From Adineta vaga (taxonomy: Eukaryota; Animalia; Rotifera): a DNA stretch of 64,000 bases. Below are positions 13,501-26,833 of the stretch, piece by piece; position 1 is the stretch's first letter; the number at the start of each line of letters is the position of its first letter. The position numbers were made by a program, and so were the translations under genes. A model generated the notes under the pieces. The model had not been told where the DNA came from, did no database searches, and saw only the letters and a list, made by a program, of their open reading frames with translations. The DNA is taken from contig CP075497.1 in NCBI GenBank assembly GCA_021613535.1, positions 7,068,001 to 7,132,000 on the forward strand, given 5' to 3'.

Positions 13501-14807
13501 ATGAAAGAAAAGTATCACATACGTATTGTTGAGGTTGGCTGAGAACGACTGTTCATTTGACTGTTCGATGTAGAATCCAAGAATATAGATGTTTGTATAG
13601 CTTGATCTGTACCAGGATTAGTTTGTGATGATGACGGTCGATCAAAACGTGTTGGTTGCCTTTGTTGATAAGATCCTTTGGGTTTTTCAGATAGCATTTT
13701 TTCACCTGATATAGTCATATTATCTACATCATTGGGAACGACTGAATCACTTTGCTGTCGATAATATTGAAATGCACTACGTGGTGTTGATGTTGATGTT
13801 GCTGCTGCAGCAATTTGTGATTTTTGTTGAAAGATTTTATACAAACTTAACGGTGATTGAGGTCGCGTTTCTTTTGTTTCAATACCTGATGTTGTTCGCT
13901 GACTATCTTTCATACGTATCCAAGAAGCTGATGATGACGATGATGTTGTTGACGAATTTGGTGAAGTATTATTCGTAGTATTATTTGGTAATTGCTGTTG
14001 AGGAGAAAATGTTGTTGGTTGCGATTGTGAACGAATAAATGCAGTTTGTTGATGTTGAACACCTGGTATTGATGTAGGCTTTTGATCATCTTGTTCGATG
14101 GATTGTTCTAAGGTATTTAATGATGAACGCATTGACCAATCATTCATATTACTAGCTACATTTGGGAGCGTACCATCATCCGATAACATTGATGCTGTTT
14201 GAGAACTAAACCAAGCAATCATGTAGAAAGCATTTTTTAATTTTAAAAAAAGATGTTTAATTTACTCAGTAGTTCGATTACGATGATGATGATGATGATG
14301 GTGATGACTTTTATGCTTATGAGGTTTACCCGATTTTGGATCAATATGTTGTGATTTATCAGTACTGAATGTTAGACGATAATTAGCACGTGCATCGTAT
14401 TGATCATCCCAAGTAAAACCGCCTTCTTGTTCCATCAATAAACTTTGATCGACTGTTGGAGTTTGTTGTTTCTTTGTATCATCATTTTCAAATAAATCAC
14501 GTTGATTAAACAGACTATCCATTGATAAATTTTCATTATTTAAATTTGTTAATATACCACCCGTGTTTGTTAATGAAATACTTTTTAAAAGAAAATTATC
14601 TTCGGGTGTGTCATCAATACCCATCGTACTAGCTGATACAGATGAGAACGATTTTGTAATAAGTTCTTGTCGATTACGATTGCTTAATATATCTTCGAAA
14701 TTATCTAAATCAACTGTTTGTTTCTCCAGATTTCTTATTAATTGTTCAACATTTTCCAGATGAGCAGACGAAGTGAGTAATAAAGGATTAATCGATGAAT
14801 CATCCAT
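10590..14807 (-). CDS. RUN-domain protein, RUSC1/2 (iporin/NESCA)-like, long disordered N-terminus, no SH3
   Basis: Spliced exons 11.2-11.92 kb give LCTLLQNILEHGLKP..LWKITE..GPSLQV..KFQAFVYTLLNKNELINWLYHF..ILQNYYQ..LFDRIMVQLEKLSPLAF, colinear with the RUSC RUN domain. Upstream ORFs (14262, 13515, 12162, 11956) join in frame through canonical introns; poly-His and poly-Gln tracts. Confidence 0.75.
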
Positions 14808-15093
14808 GGTTGGATTTTCTTCTTGTTTCTATTCAATGTTTTAAATCTACTAATTGTTCGGAATGGCAAAATGGAATGTCATGAGAAGGATAGAGACGAC
14901 GAATCTAAAATAGAAAGAAAATGTTTTGTTTCTTTCTTATACAAATAAAAATAATATCATTCCTCTATAATAAAGTATATGAGAATAAACAGAGACAAAA
15001 AATAAACAATTCGAATATTTTCTACATAAACAAAACTTGACACAAATATGTTGAAACAAAAACGAAACGATTTCCTCAAGAAAAACCAAGTAC

Positions 15094-18000
15094 TCAATTA
15101 AAATCAATTAAATTTGATCCATTAGTTTCTGTTGATTGACGAGAAGGATACAGACTAGTTGTTGTTGTTGTTGTTGTTGGTAGTGGTGGTGGTGTTACTA
15201 ATGGATCGAAATCTGACGCTAATGATGAGTGAGAAACGTGTTGCACCGGAAGAATAGGTTTATGATTCATTCGTGTGTTTGCTGTTCCAAAAGTTGACTG
15301 AATATTTTTTAGAACATTAGTTACACAGTTTGTCGGAATAGTTTCAATAAGTGATGGATGACGATCAGCTACTTCAATATCTGAACGAAATAAAACTGAA
15401 TTTGAGTCGTCCAGTGGATCAAATTGTTGTACAAGTTTTTTTATTTCTTTTTGTTCTTCACCATAATCATTGCGAGGATCGATACGTTTTGAATCGAATG
15501 TTTGAACTTTATATTGAAGTTCACTTTGTAATTGTTTTATTTTCGTATCAATTTGCGGAGATGAACGAGACGTTTCCGATATAAATGGTGTTTGAACAAC
15601 ATCTAAGGTAACAGGAGACGGTAATAATAGATTCTAAACAACAAGAACAATAAACAAGAAATCAAAGGAAAATTTTATTGGTACTTCATCGGTATCGAAA
15701 TCAATTAAAGAATTAGTTTTTGATTGAATAAGTTCAGGTGTTGAAGAACGTGATGATGAAGATGTCAATGCACCAGATAGATTTGACTGAAAATATATCC
15801 ATTGAAATCGAATGCGAAAAGAAATTATCTATATTTTACTTGTGGAATTGTCAAATGATTAGATTCAATCTAAATCATCAAATAAATCGTAGAAATTGAA
15901 AGTATATCAAACAATGAAACTTACAGATTCCTCAACTTTTCGTTTAATAACATCATTAATCTACAAGTATAGAAATATTCATTTCTCTTATTCAAAAATG
16001 CTGCAGAACTTACATCAAACGAAGTCAAATTCGTTTTCACTGCTGAAGCTTCACTCACAACTTTCTGTCCAGCTTTATTAATCTAAAGACGACAACAAAC
16101 ATTTCTTCTTCCAAATGCAAATTTCCATTGTTCATCACTTACAACAATTTGTAATTTTTCAGCTTGATTATGTACCTGTTCGATTAGAGGATTCGTTGCC
16201 TATAAGAAAGATACAATCTTAAGTTGATGAAAAACATCAGTATGATTAGTAAGAGTAATTAAGAATGAGAAGCATTAGATAAATGATACCTTATTTCCTT
16301 CATCGATTAGAAATTTTCGACTGGAAGTATAAGTAACGGTAGGATGTCGAGTACTGTCTTTAATATTCTATAGAAACTCGTTTTGTATATATATATTTTG
16401 AAATATTTTAAGAAAAAATATGTGCAAGTAAAAGGAACAAAGAAAAACACTCAAATAACTTACTTTTTCTAACATTTTGTAGATTTTTTTATTGGATCTT
16501 AACTAAAATAAAAATAAGTAATTCAGTTACACAATGAATACTATAAACAGTCAATATCTATGAAATAATTCATACAGAATAGATACTTACTTTTTTTGAT
16601 TGTTGAGTTTGTTCAAGAGTTTTAACTTCAATACCGAATTCATCCATTTCAACTTCATGTTCAAGTTCGAGATAAGTTCGATAACGAGAAAACTAAATAT
16701 TCATATTGAAAAAAAAAAGATGCATTTTTATGCACAAAATTCTAAATTTTGATTTACTTGTTCAAACATTTGAGTATTGACAATTGAGGACATGAATGTA
16801 TATAGATCAGATCCTTGATATTGTTTTAGATAAACATCTCTATCAAAATCTAATTTCTCATCTTTCATAACAAATCCATTCGCATAATTTCCTACGGGAT
16901 TTCAAAGGAAAAAAAAGAAATAATCTCTTCGAATATATTGAAGAGAAGATTCTTTACCAAAAACAAATGCCATTGTTCGAAGAAAAACTCTTGCTAAATG
17001 ATCTCCAGCTAATTGTGATGATTGTTCAATATCTTTCTTCATCTGACGAATTAATTGTTTAGGAAATAAACTCAAATCATCATACTGAGATTCAATTGTT
17101 CTATTATCGATATTGATTATAATTACATCACCTAATTCATTTCGATTCATTTTCGAATAAATACTTGAATGTATTCCAATGATATATGGGGCTGAACATT
17201 GTGCTGTCCATGTCATTGATTCAGGAAGAATTGGTAAGAATATATTTTGCCTTAGATAAAAAACCAATTACATTTAGTATTGTTTGATAAGTGAATGTTT
17301 TTCTTACCAATGCATTGGATTAATTAAATGTAAACATCCACAAGCACATGCTAAAGAATGAAATAAAGTTTTTTTTTAATTTTCTCTTTCAATTCATAGA
17401 TCAAACTGACCAGTTAAATGGAAAAGTTTTGACGAAATAAATAAAAGTCGTCGTTCGAAAATTAAATGTGAAAATAGACGTAACATTATATCAGGCCCCA
17501 AACGAGAAAATAATACGGAAAAATTACGCTAAATAAGAAATGATTCATTTCGATTTTGTCTATAAGAGTATTGAACAAAAAAGACATACATTTGATAATG
17601 TCGAAGGTAATTTATCAAGATCAGGTCGAGAATATGAATATACCTAGAGGATATTTTCATAAGGATGAAATGTGTAATATTTGAATTGTACATACATTTG
17701 AAAGACTAGTAATTACAATTGTTTCTTTTCGAGAATTATTGTTGAATTCTTCAGTTGATACTAATTTATGATTGTATAAAGAAGACAGAAAATTTTCCAC
17801 TTCCGTAGTCTTTAAGAAAAGAAAAGACGAATTATACAAATCGGTACAAAAGCAACCTACTGATTTCGAATTGATTATCTGCGATAAATCATTAAGAATA
17901 TTATAGAATATTTCGAACCAAGGATAATAACTACGAAAACAAGCATGTTCATTTTTCTTTTACTCCGAAGAATTTCTTCCACACCTGATTATACATAAAC

Positions 18001-18448
18001 AAGTCGATTCTCGATTCGATCGACGACAATAACCGAAACGAAATATTGAACCTGTTGAATCAAGAATAACAAATGTAAAATGTTCACTCTGATCATCACT
18101 AAAATAAATTCAATTCTTTGTCTATTGAACAAGAAAAATTTGCTTTTCTCGTACGGTGGAATTTTACATGGATATGCAAAATTAGCTGCTGTTTTCAGAA
18201 TTGGATCGGAGAAATCATCGGGATATTTAACTAAGATTTCAGGTGCTAAAATAGAACTAAATCTATATAATATAATCATATAAATTAGAAATACCTACGT
18301 TCTTTATTAATTGGCTCATGAATCTCGAGAAAAGCTTCGAAAAAATGTTCGGGTGATTGTCTAAAGTAAATCATGTAAATATGACGCAAAATCAAAACTA
18401 TTACTTGATGCGAGATTCGATTTCCTTTGTAATGAAACCCGACGCCAT
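15094..18448 (-). CDS. DENND1: DENN domain protein 1 (connecdenn)-like Rab35 GEF, multi-exon
   Basis: N-terminus ESRIKQSPEHFFEAF..PEILVKYPDDFSD..FAYP..EHFTFVILDSTG..FGYCR; DENN core IFERRLLFISS, IFLPILPESM..CSAPYIIGIH; C-terminal endocytic motifs LLIDFD, DFDPL, NLIDFN-stop (TGA at 15094-15096). Confidence 0.85.
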
Positions 18449-20651
18449 TTATCAATAAAAGTCACATTTACTTATGTGAACAATACTTGATAGTTCAGGT
18501 ATATTTTTACCTGTTGTCTTTCAATTTCCATAATACAAGTCATACACCTTTCTCTAACAAAACAAAACTACTCATTGGCTATCGGATTCGAACCAATAGG
18601 AAATTTGTTCGGACGGATATAAAATAAAAATGATTTTTTTAATAAAATAAATAATTTATAAGATAAATTTTATCGGAAGAAAAAATTTATTGAAAAAATC
18701 ATGTCAAGTATGTTTTTGACACGATGAATCATTTCGGGAATTCTTCAATGGCGAAACGAAACACTTGTGTGCCATACATTAACTATATATGTATATGTGA
18801 ATGTGAAAAGGTAGTCCTTGAATTGCTTCATAGATAAAAGAAAGAAAAAGGTTATTCATAACTTCCGAATAATATCATTGAATAATGTGTTTTTTTTTTG
18901 ATAAACTGATATAATTATCTTTTCAAGAAATAATGATTTTTTGATTAATATCAAAAAGTAATTTTCCGATTCGATATAAAGCGTGTTTTGGGGGTAATTA
19001 AAAGGGTAACGCGCAACTTATTGATGCAGAAAAAATGAATCAAACAAATAGACAATGAGGAAAAGCATGATATTTAGTCAGATAAATCATGGTCACATAA
19101 GAAAAGTTTCGGTGACATTTTCTTTCTTCGAATATTTCACTTATACAAAATGTAGATATAAAACTATTATCAATAGAAAGATAGTTGTATTTCTATGAAG
19201 ATTTTCATCTTATCATTAATACGATCACGATGTTTTTCTGATTGAGATCAATGTATTGATTAAAGATAGCAAGGTTGATATTAATCTTGAATATGAAATG
19301 GTACAAAATAATATTTGTTATGAAAATAAAACTATTCTGCAACTTCGAGTAAAATTATATACTTACGATGGATATGAATAGATTGTACTTATTTTTATGT
19401 ATTCATATTTATTGACTATAATTTCGTTTGACAGAATAGAAATTTATCAGAACCAATATTGACAAAATACATATAATGTCTAATTTTTACTTACCGGTTT
19501 GACAGTACATACAATGAATATTCGTTTATCTAATCGTTAAAAATCTTCTGAGATTAATAGAGATTGACAGTTTCATTAAAAGAAACTATTTTTCAAATGA
19601 ACTTTATATATTTACTTACGGCTTCAATTTTGTTTTGTATTCCATTTTGACTACTAGCCGTAATCATTGCAAAAAAAGATTTTTGTTCAATTGTTCAAAT
19701 TATAGAAAAGTCCTCTAAAATGTAACGTTCAGTCACAAAAAGATGTCCAGTATAAAATTTGCATATTGACTACATTCCTCATATATTATCATCGTAAACT
19801 GGATTACGTGTATACATCATAAAATAAATACATAAGGATTCAGGAAAGGACTATGTTTAACCTTTTAGTAGAATAGTTCGACAATTTCTAAGTATTCATG
19901 CATTTTTCTTCGTAATATACGTACATAAGATGATACATTGATCTTAGAGGTACAATATCTAGATTGTCATAAAAGTAGTAAACTCGAAAGCTTTCATTTG
20001 GACAATATCTGACCTATGTGATTATTTATAAAAAAAAAGGTGCTTGCAATTGAGAATTTAGTAAACACACAACAAATGATCAGGAAGGACATCAAAATTC
20101 AAACAGAATATCGTTTTTGAAGATCATATATGTTCATTCAATCATAAGAATAAATAATTGAAGAACAAATTCTTTTCCCAGGAAATGTCATTTTCAATTA
20201 GATATATTTCATTGATTGTCATTAATAGCACCGGATAGATGACTGAATGACTATTCTTGAAGTATCTCTTGAGAAATGATTTTATTTTCTTTGATTTCAT
20301 CCGCTATGATACTTTCGAATAATAATCATCACAAGACAAACTGACAAAGGAAAACATATAGAATATTTTCTCAATTAACACTCCTGTCATAAGATATTCT
20401 CAGGTGATTTAAATTTCTGTTCATCTATCATCATCCAATTTTGCTATTTCTGTGACAACTTCATTATATTATTATATTGAAACAAACACACACATGCACA
20501 CATACACCAAATGTCATCAATAGAAAGAAGAAAATATACTTGAATCTTACAAAGAATAAAATACAAAGTCATTAAACGCAAATGAAGCATAGATGATCTA
20601 ACAGAAGAAAATTGATGATGTGTCAAAGAAAAAAAGAAATTTTATTTTCGT

Positions 20652-21420
<769 letters not shown>

Positions 21421-21720
21421 TGTATGATGTGTTAAAAGCAAATAGACTTATCAACACATTGAATAAGAACACCTGTAAACGTTAATTTGATTGGCGGTGA
21501 TCATGTCGATTTTTTTCTCACTTATTTTAACCAATCGAAATCTTTATATTGAGTTCTTTCACTCATCAATCTACTACTACGTCGTCGTTCTTTTCCTTTC
21601 TCTATTTCAATCAATAACACTAACATATACATCTCATCAACGAGTAATTTTTATATTAGACCTATTCTATTGAATATTAGAGAAACTTTCACCTGTTCTA
21701 TGCTCATGCACAAGACATTT

Positions 21721-21723
<3 letters not shown>

Positions 21724-21754
<31 letters not shown>
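21724..21754. repeat. (CT)n microsatellite / GAGA tract upstream of FoxB
   Basis: About 15 TC units read directly. Confidence 0.9.
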
Positions 21755-21761
<7 letters not shown>

Positions 21762-22125
21762 CTATTTATATTCATATTCATTGATCCCTAATGTATAATA
21801 GAGAGAATGAATCAAATTAAAAAGAGTCAGTTGAGAACGATAAAAGAATGACTATTTGAACAATAAAATTGTTGTCATAACAGTCAGATGAGAAGAAATT
21901 TCCATACACTTCTTAATTTTCTTCCGGATCAATGAATCAATAAAAATAAATCGTGAGAAATAATGTTTTTTTTGTCTCTCATTTCCAATTGAGATCAAAA
22001 AGATTTATGTTCAGGAGAACATTACTTCAATCAATGACTTGTTATTAACAAACAACTTGATTACTACAAATTTTTCATTGAGAAGAAAAAGCTTTTTATT
22101 TATAGGATTGAATAATTTAATAAAT

Positions 22126-23840
22126 TTACAATAATAAGATTAATTGTTGTTGAATAAGAGGTGCAAAATGAGAACCGAATTCTTCATAAAGTCGTTTTTC
22201 GTTACTTTTATTTTCATTTTGAACAGAACGATATGCCATTGTAATGAATTTCTATTGTAAAAAAGTAGTCACCTTTTTTTTAATTAAGTTTATAGAAAAA
22301 ATAATTTCATACCACAATGACTTCAGTGAGTTTCTCTGATGATTCAATATCTGATATTGATCGAATTTGTTCACCTAATCGTTTAACAAGAGGAAAGACT
22401 AATTGAATAATTACCTAAAGATAGTTTTTTTTAGGAAGATTTATCTTGATAGAAATTCAATTTACTTTATGACTCATTTCACAGAGACCAACCAATGCTC
22501 CATAGTGTGTTGGCCATGTATATTCATCTTTACCACTATTCAAAATACGATAAAAGATATCAATTGTACGTTGCTGTAAACGATTCGCTGCTGTAGCATA
22601 TTTCCTATTATATTAAAGTCAATTAATAGTTCTTTGTTAAAGAATTTGACATCTAACCGAATAATTTGTCCCGAACATTTTCCAGCTAGGTCACGTAATG
22701 ACCAATGATCACGTGATATTCGTCGTTCAAGTAAACAAGAAAGTATTGCTGGTAGTAGGTAATGTAACTGGCAAGAAATGTAAATGCAAAGCTTTGAATA
22801 TTTAATTAGACATTTCTTACATAGATTTCTAAACTAAGTTCTTCATTTTGTAACAAAGCATCGCTCATTTGCATGAGAAAACTCAATAAAATCGATCGAT
22901 CGAATGAAGTTCCTGGTGATAGATTGACACGTACTCCTTCAGATATAAATAGAATCAAACGTGAAAGAATTGGTTGAAGACTATTATCCGAAGAGAGCAT
23001 TGTCAGTGCTTGCTATAAGAGAGAGAGAGCGAGAAAAAAAGAATTAACCGATAGTTTCGAAAATGAACAAACTACCTTTCGTTTTAATTCATTGAAACAA
23101 ATACATGTTTCAGTTAATTCTTTATAATAGATTTGTTGTTCCTAATGACAAAAGACAAGTTATTAACAATCGAAAAGATCTGATACTTACCGTAGATAAA
23201 ATATGAGAAGTTTTATTTGATTTTGTCTTTGAGATTGATCGAATTGGTATATCGAAAATAGGATTTTCATTTGTTGTCGGTTGTTTACCATTCACTGCCA
23301 ACCAATGTGCTATTCGATTAGTAGATTACAGAATTTATTCAAATGAATATTATGTTGTACGTTACTTCGAATACTGATATCTAAAGGTATTATCAATTGA
23401 GAATTTGTTATTTGATTAAGAGGAATAATATGATCGTCGATATAATACAGATTTCGATTATCTTTTTTTACTTTATGAAATGATGATCGATGATCATTCG
23501 AGATTGTATAACCACCGAACATAGGCTAGAAAATAACGATAAATAATGATGCTAGAATAACAATATACCTCTAATTGACGTAGTCTTAGAGCGAAGGCAA
23601 AATCTTCTGCTGTTAAATTCTTCCGATGACATTTTCTTAATACTTTACAAGCATCCTATATGGTAATTATCGTTGAAAAATGTTCAATTTTCATTTAATG
23701 TTTTTTACTTGTAAAAGATCAGAAATTAAAGTACTGGTTTGTCGTGTTAAATAAGCAAGAGATTCATCGCATAGGGATCCACAATTATTGAATTTTTCAG
23801 CTAGATATTCAATTGATTCAATCGAAAACTGAACAGGCAT
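22126..23840 (-). CDS. TAF6: TFIID subunit 6, multi-exon
   Basis: Histone-fold N-terminus (QDACKVLRKCHRKNLTAEDF), HWLAVNGKQPTTNENP, HILSTEQQIYYKELTETC, LILFISEGVRVN, LHYLLPAILSC, DHWSLRDLA, THYGALVGLCEM; stop at 22126-22128. Confidence 0.9.
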
Positions 23841-24258
23841 CTGAAATAGAAAAGTCTTTTGAGTTGGTACTTGTTATTTGTAAGTAAGAAGAAAGGCATA
23901 TAACATTAAATATTTCAACGATTGGTTAGTATCAGTGACAATTATCTGAGAAAAACGGTTGTAAACGAAGTGTGATATATTAGTTAGGCACTTTTTTTCA
24001 AGGCGTCCCAATATATATTTATGCAAGAAAGTGTACATATCTATTCATTAGACTTCAATAAAACATTCGAACTGACAGTTGTCGTGTTATAGATTATTCT
24101 ATTATTTTAGTTCAATAAAACTGGATAACAAAAACAAAATAAGTATATAATCAAAAGAGGTCTCTGACATCCGATCGACGTGTTACATACAACATTTTCA
24201 CCAATAAACAACTTATTTGTACTGTAACGTACCCATTCTATTTTATTCTTGCTTCATT

Positions 24259-24284
24259 TGCACTCACTGTCCTTCACTGCACAC
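24259..24284 (+). promoter_or_regulatory. Two metal-response-element-like cores (TGCRCNC)
   Basis: TGCACTC 24259-24265 and TGCACAC 24278-24284 just before the 5'UTR intron of the His-rich gene; the second is kept in copy 2 (30247-30253). Confidence 0.3.
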
Positions 24285-24373
24285 ACCCGTTGTATTCTCG
24301 AGTGTGTATTTTATATCTTTTACTTTTCATTTCTTTTTGCAGATTTTATTAGTATATTTTTAATTTCAACGAA

Positions 24374-24821
24374 ATGTCTGGCGTCGATCTTAACTCTGAT
24401 GGCAAACCATACCATGGTAAAATTGTTCTTATTCTCGATAATTCATTGGAATTTAATTTCGAATTTTAGAACATGGTGACAAGATAGAAAAAAAGAAACA
24501 TGAACCAAGTGAACATCCTGAAGCAAAAGATCATACACCACATCATGGTCATGATAATCAGGTTTGATAATTTATACAAATAAAAATCTACTAATCTCGC
24601 TTTTATTTCTCTCGGATTACTTTAGTATCACAAGGTTTGTTATAACAATAAAATTATTCTATTTAGATTTGTAACCTATTCATTTTAGGATATCAAAGGT
24701 AGTGTAGGTAGTGGATCGAGCGAAAGAGGCGATCGAAAGTAAGAGAATTTGATATTCGTTTAAGTAAACTAGATCGTTATTTCTGATCTTATTTTTTAGA
24801 GCAGATAAAGAAGCTTCATAA
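24374..24821 (+). CDS. Small His-rich hydrophilic protein, copy 1 (71 aa, 5 coding exons including a 9-nt micro-exon)
   Basis: Exons 24374-24416, 24470-24561, 24626-24634, 24689-24738, 24800-24821, all GT-AG: MSGVDLNSDGKPYHEHGDKIEKKKHEPSEHPEAKDHTPHHGHDNQ-YHK-DIKGSVGSGSSERGDRKADKEAS*. Splice sites and frame conserved in copy 2. Confidence 0.8.
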
Positions 24822-25155
24822 AATGGTTTGTGAATGAAAATACTTATCAATAATCAAGCTTCTCATATTCTTCGTGGTTTAATTTTGTTGTTATTATTAT
24901 TTTCGTTTTTCTTTTTGCACAAATAATAAACGAGCAGATTTATCAATTAATTATCCAATGATCGTATATAAAAATAAATCAAGATGCATTGTTTGAAGAG
25001 GCTTTTTCTCGACTTATAATCATGTGATAAAATGTTTTATTATTAAAATGAAATACATCTATGAAGAAGAAGACAAGGCATATCACAAAAGCTTTGATAA
25101 ATAAATGCATATAATCATTGAAGTTTTATACATATATATATTTTTGAAATTGATT

Positions 25156-26491
25156 TATTCCCAAAAAGCTTAGTTTTCATAACAGATTACTTTCTGACCC
25201 TCAGTCAAGGAGACACATCGTGCATGAGGAAATAATGGTTCAAACATCACTTGTGCTTTTGCATTTGTTGGTATCGAAACTCGAAGAACAATCGAATTGC
25301 GCAACGTATCACGTTGATCACGTGTATAGGCAACGTGTACAAGCCCATATAATGTACTTAGTTGACAATCAACTTTTGAAAGAAGATGTTTTTTCTCTTC
25401 AGATAACATTCGTGGTCGAATAAGAATAAGATCTGATTGAAAATCAATACCACCTAAATGAGAATAAAACCAGGCACCAATACTAGAAAACATGTGATGA
25501 TTTCGTGAATTCATTCCTGGCCCTTCCATTGGTGCATCCCACAATTCCCACATTGTTGTCGCATTTTCATATGGATTATTAAACATATAACCATAGGATG
25601 GATAGGTGACAGACGATACTAATTCAACAGCAAGATCATGTTGACCATTATCGGATAAGAGTGGAAAAAGTTGAGCAGTTGAAACAATTCCAGTTGAAAC
25701 ATGATTGCCTTTTTGTTGAATATCTTGTATTAAATGTTCGAAAACAGAGCTTCGAACATTTGCTGGTACAACATTCGGTAGAGCTAAAGCAAGAATTTGT
25801 GCTGCTTGCATTCCATCTGCATAGTAACCGCTTGATGTTGTAAAGAATACTCGATGAAATTCTTCTGCAAGTTGTTGATAGAATGTTGTATAAGATTGTG
25901 TATCGTTAGTAAAACCAATAATTTGTGAAATATTAACTAATACAGAAACATCATGTAGAAATGCAAATGATGCAATTAAATAGACATTCGTCATCGGTTG
26001 AGGTGTTGGTGGCACCCAATCACCATAATGATATGCAAGTTTAGCTAGACCTGTCTTGCTGTAACTCGCACGAATTGAATCATAATGATCACGAAGAATT
26101 TGTATTATATTTATTGCTCATTCAGTCCTTTTATTGCCGAAATAAATTATTGTTCATTTAGGTTATTTTATTGCCTATTTAAAAATAAGTCAAGTAAATA
26201 TTGATGTTTGAAAACTGATCCAATTAGTCCATGAACTTGGTTGATCGGATAGAGTTGTCCATACTCGAAGACGAATTTGATAATGTGTTAATGATTGCAG
26301 ATCATCTGAATTTATAAATGGTACATGAATTGATTGACTGGAATGTATTTTTCCACTATCCCATTGTTGTGTATTCGATTTTATTTGAATTTGATAGGCT
26401 GTTTGTTGAACATTACGTTCGTTGTTGAAACGTGCTAATTTCCATTAGCGGCGACTACAGCGAGCAACACGGTTATATACAACCAAAACAT
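25156..26491 (-). pseudogene. Internally deleted GH78 alpha-L-rhamnosidase pseudogene
   Basis: Start MFWLYITVLLAVVAANGN* is frameshifted by a 100-nt deletion; about 1.7 kb including the TDCPQRDER motif is missing; further deletions near 26065 and 25180; 25189-26063 nearly identical to 31275-32149. Confidence 0.88.
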
Positions 26492-26833
26492 TCTGAAAAG
26501 AATATTTAGATATACTTTCCTAATGTTTGTTGAGATCTTTTATATATAGCCACATATTATTCTCTCATCAAAAGTAGGTGTAATCAGTTTTATTTGCTTA
26601 GATTACGTTTAATATTTTAAAAAAAGTACACGAACAGACTAAGGTCATGTTTGTTTCAATAGAAGTCAATTCAATAAAATAAACAAGTTCAATTTCAAAA
26701 AGAATGAACCATCTTCGAAAAAGAACTCAGACTGTCGGTAATTCGTGTACTGTCAGGGGTGAAAAGTATGTTTTTTACGTCTGTAATTAATAGCAGATGC
26801 ACTTCTCACCAGCGACATCTATATTTCGTTCGC

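Larger units (their letters stand above)
24228..26742 (+). repeat. Tandem segmental duplication, unit 1 (His-rich gene + deleted rhamnosidase)
   Basis: Same-orientation homology to 30197-34588, from cgtacccattct..tgcacacacccg to ..tcagactgtcggtaat; boundaries approximate. Confidence 0.9.

Noticed and set aside
10590-18448. Single DENN+RUN (DENND5-like) gene
   Set aside because: The DENN gene has its own C-terminal motifs and stop at 15094, and an in-frame stop lies just upstream of the RUN gene ATG.
25170-26015. 281-aa ORF as an independent functional rhamnosidase
   Set aside because: Starts at GTG, lacks the signal peptide and catalytic TDCPQRDER region; part of a deleted duplicate.
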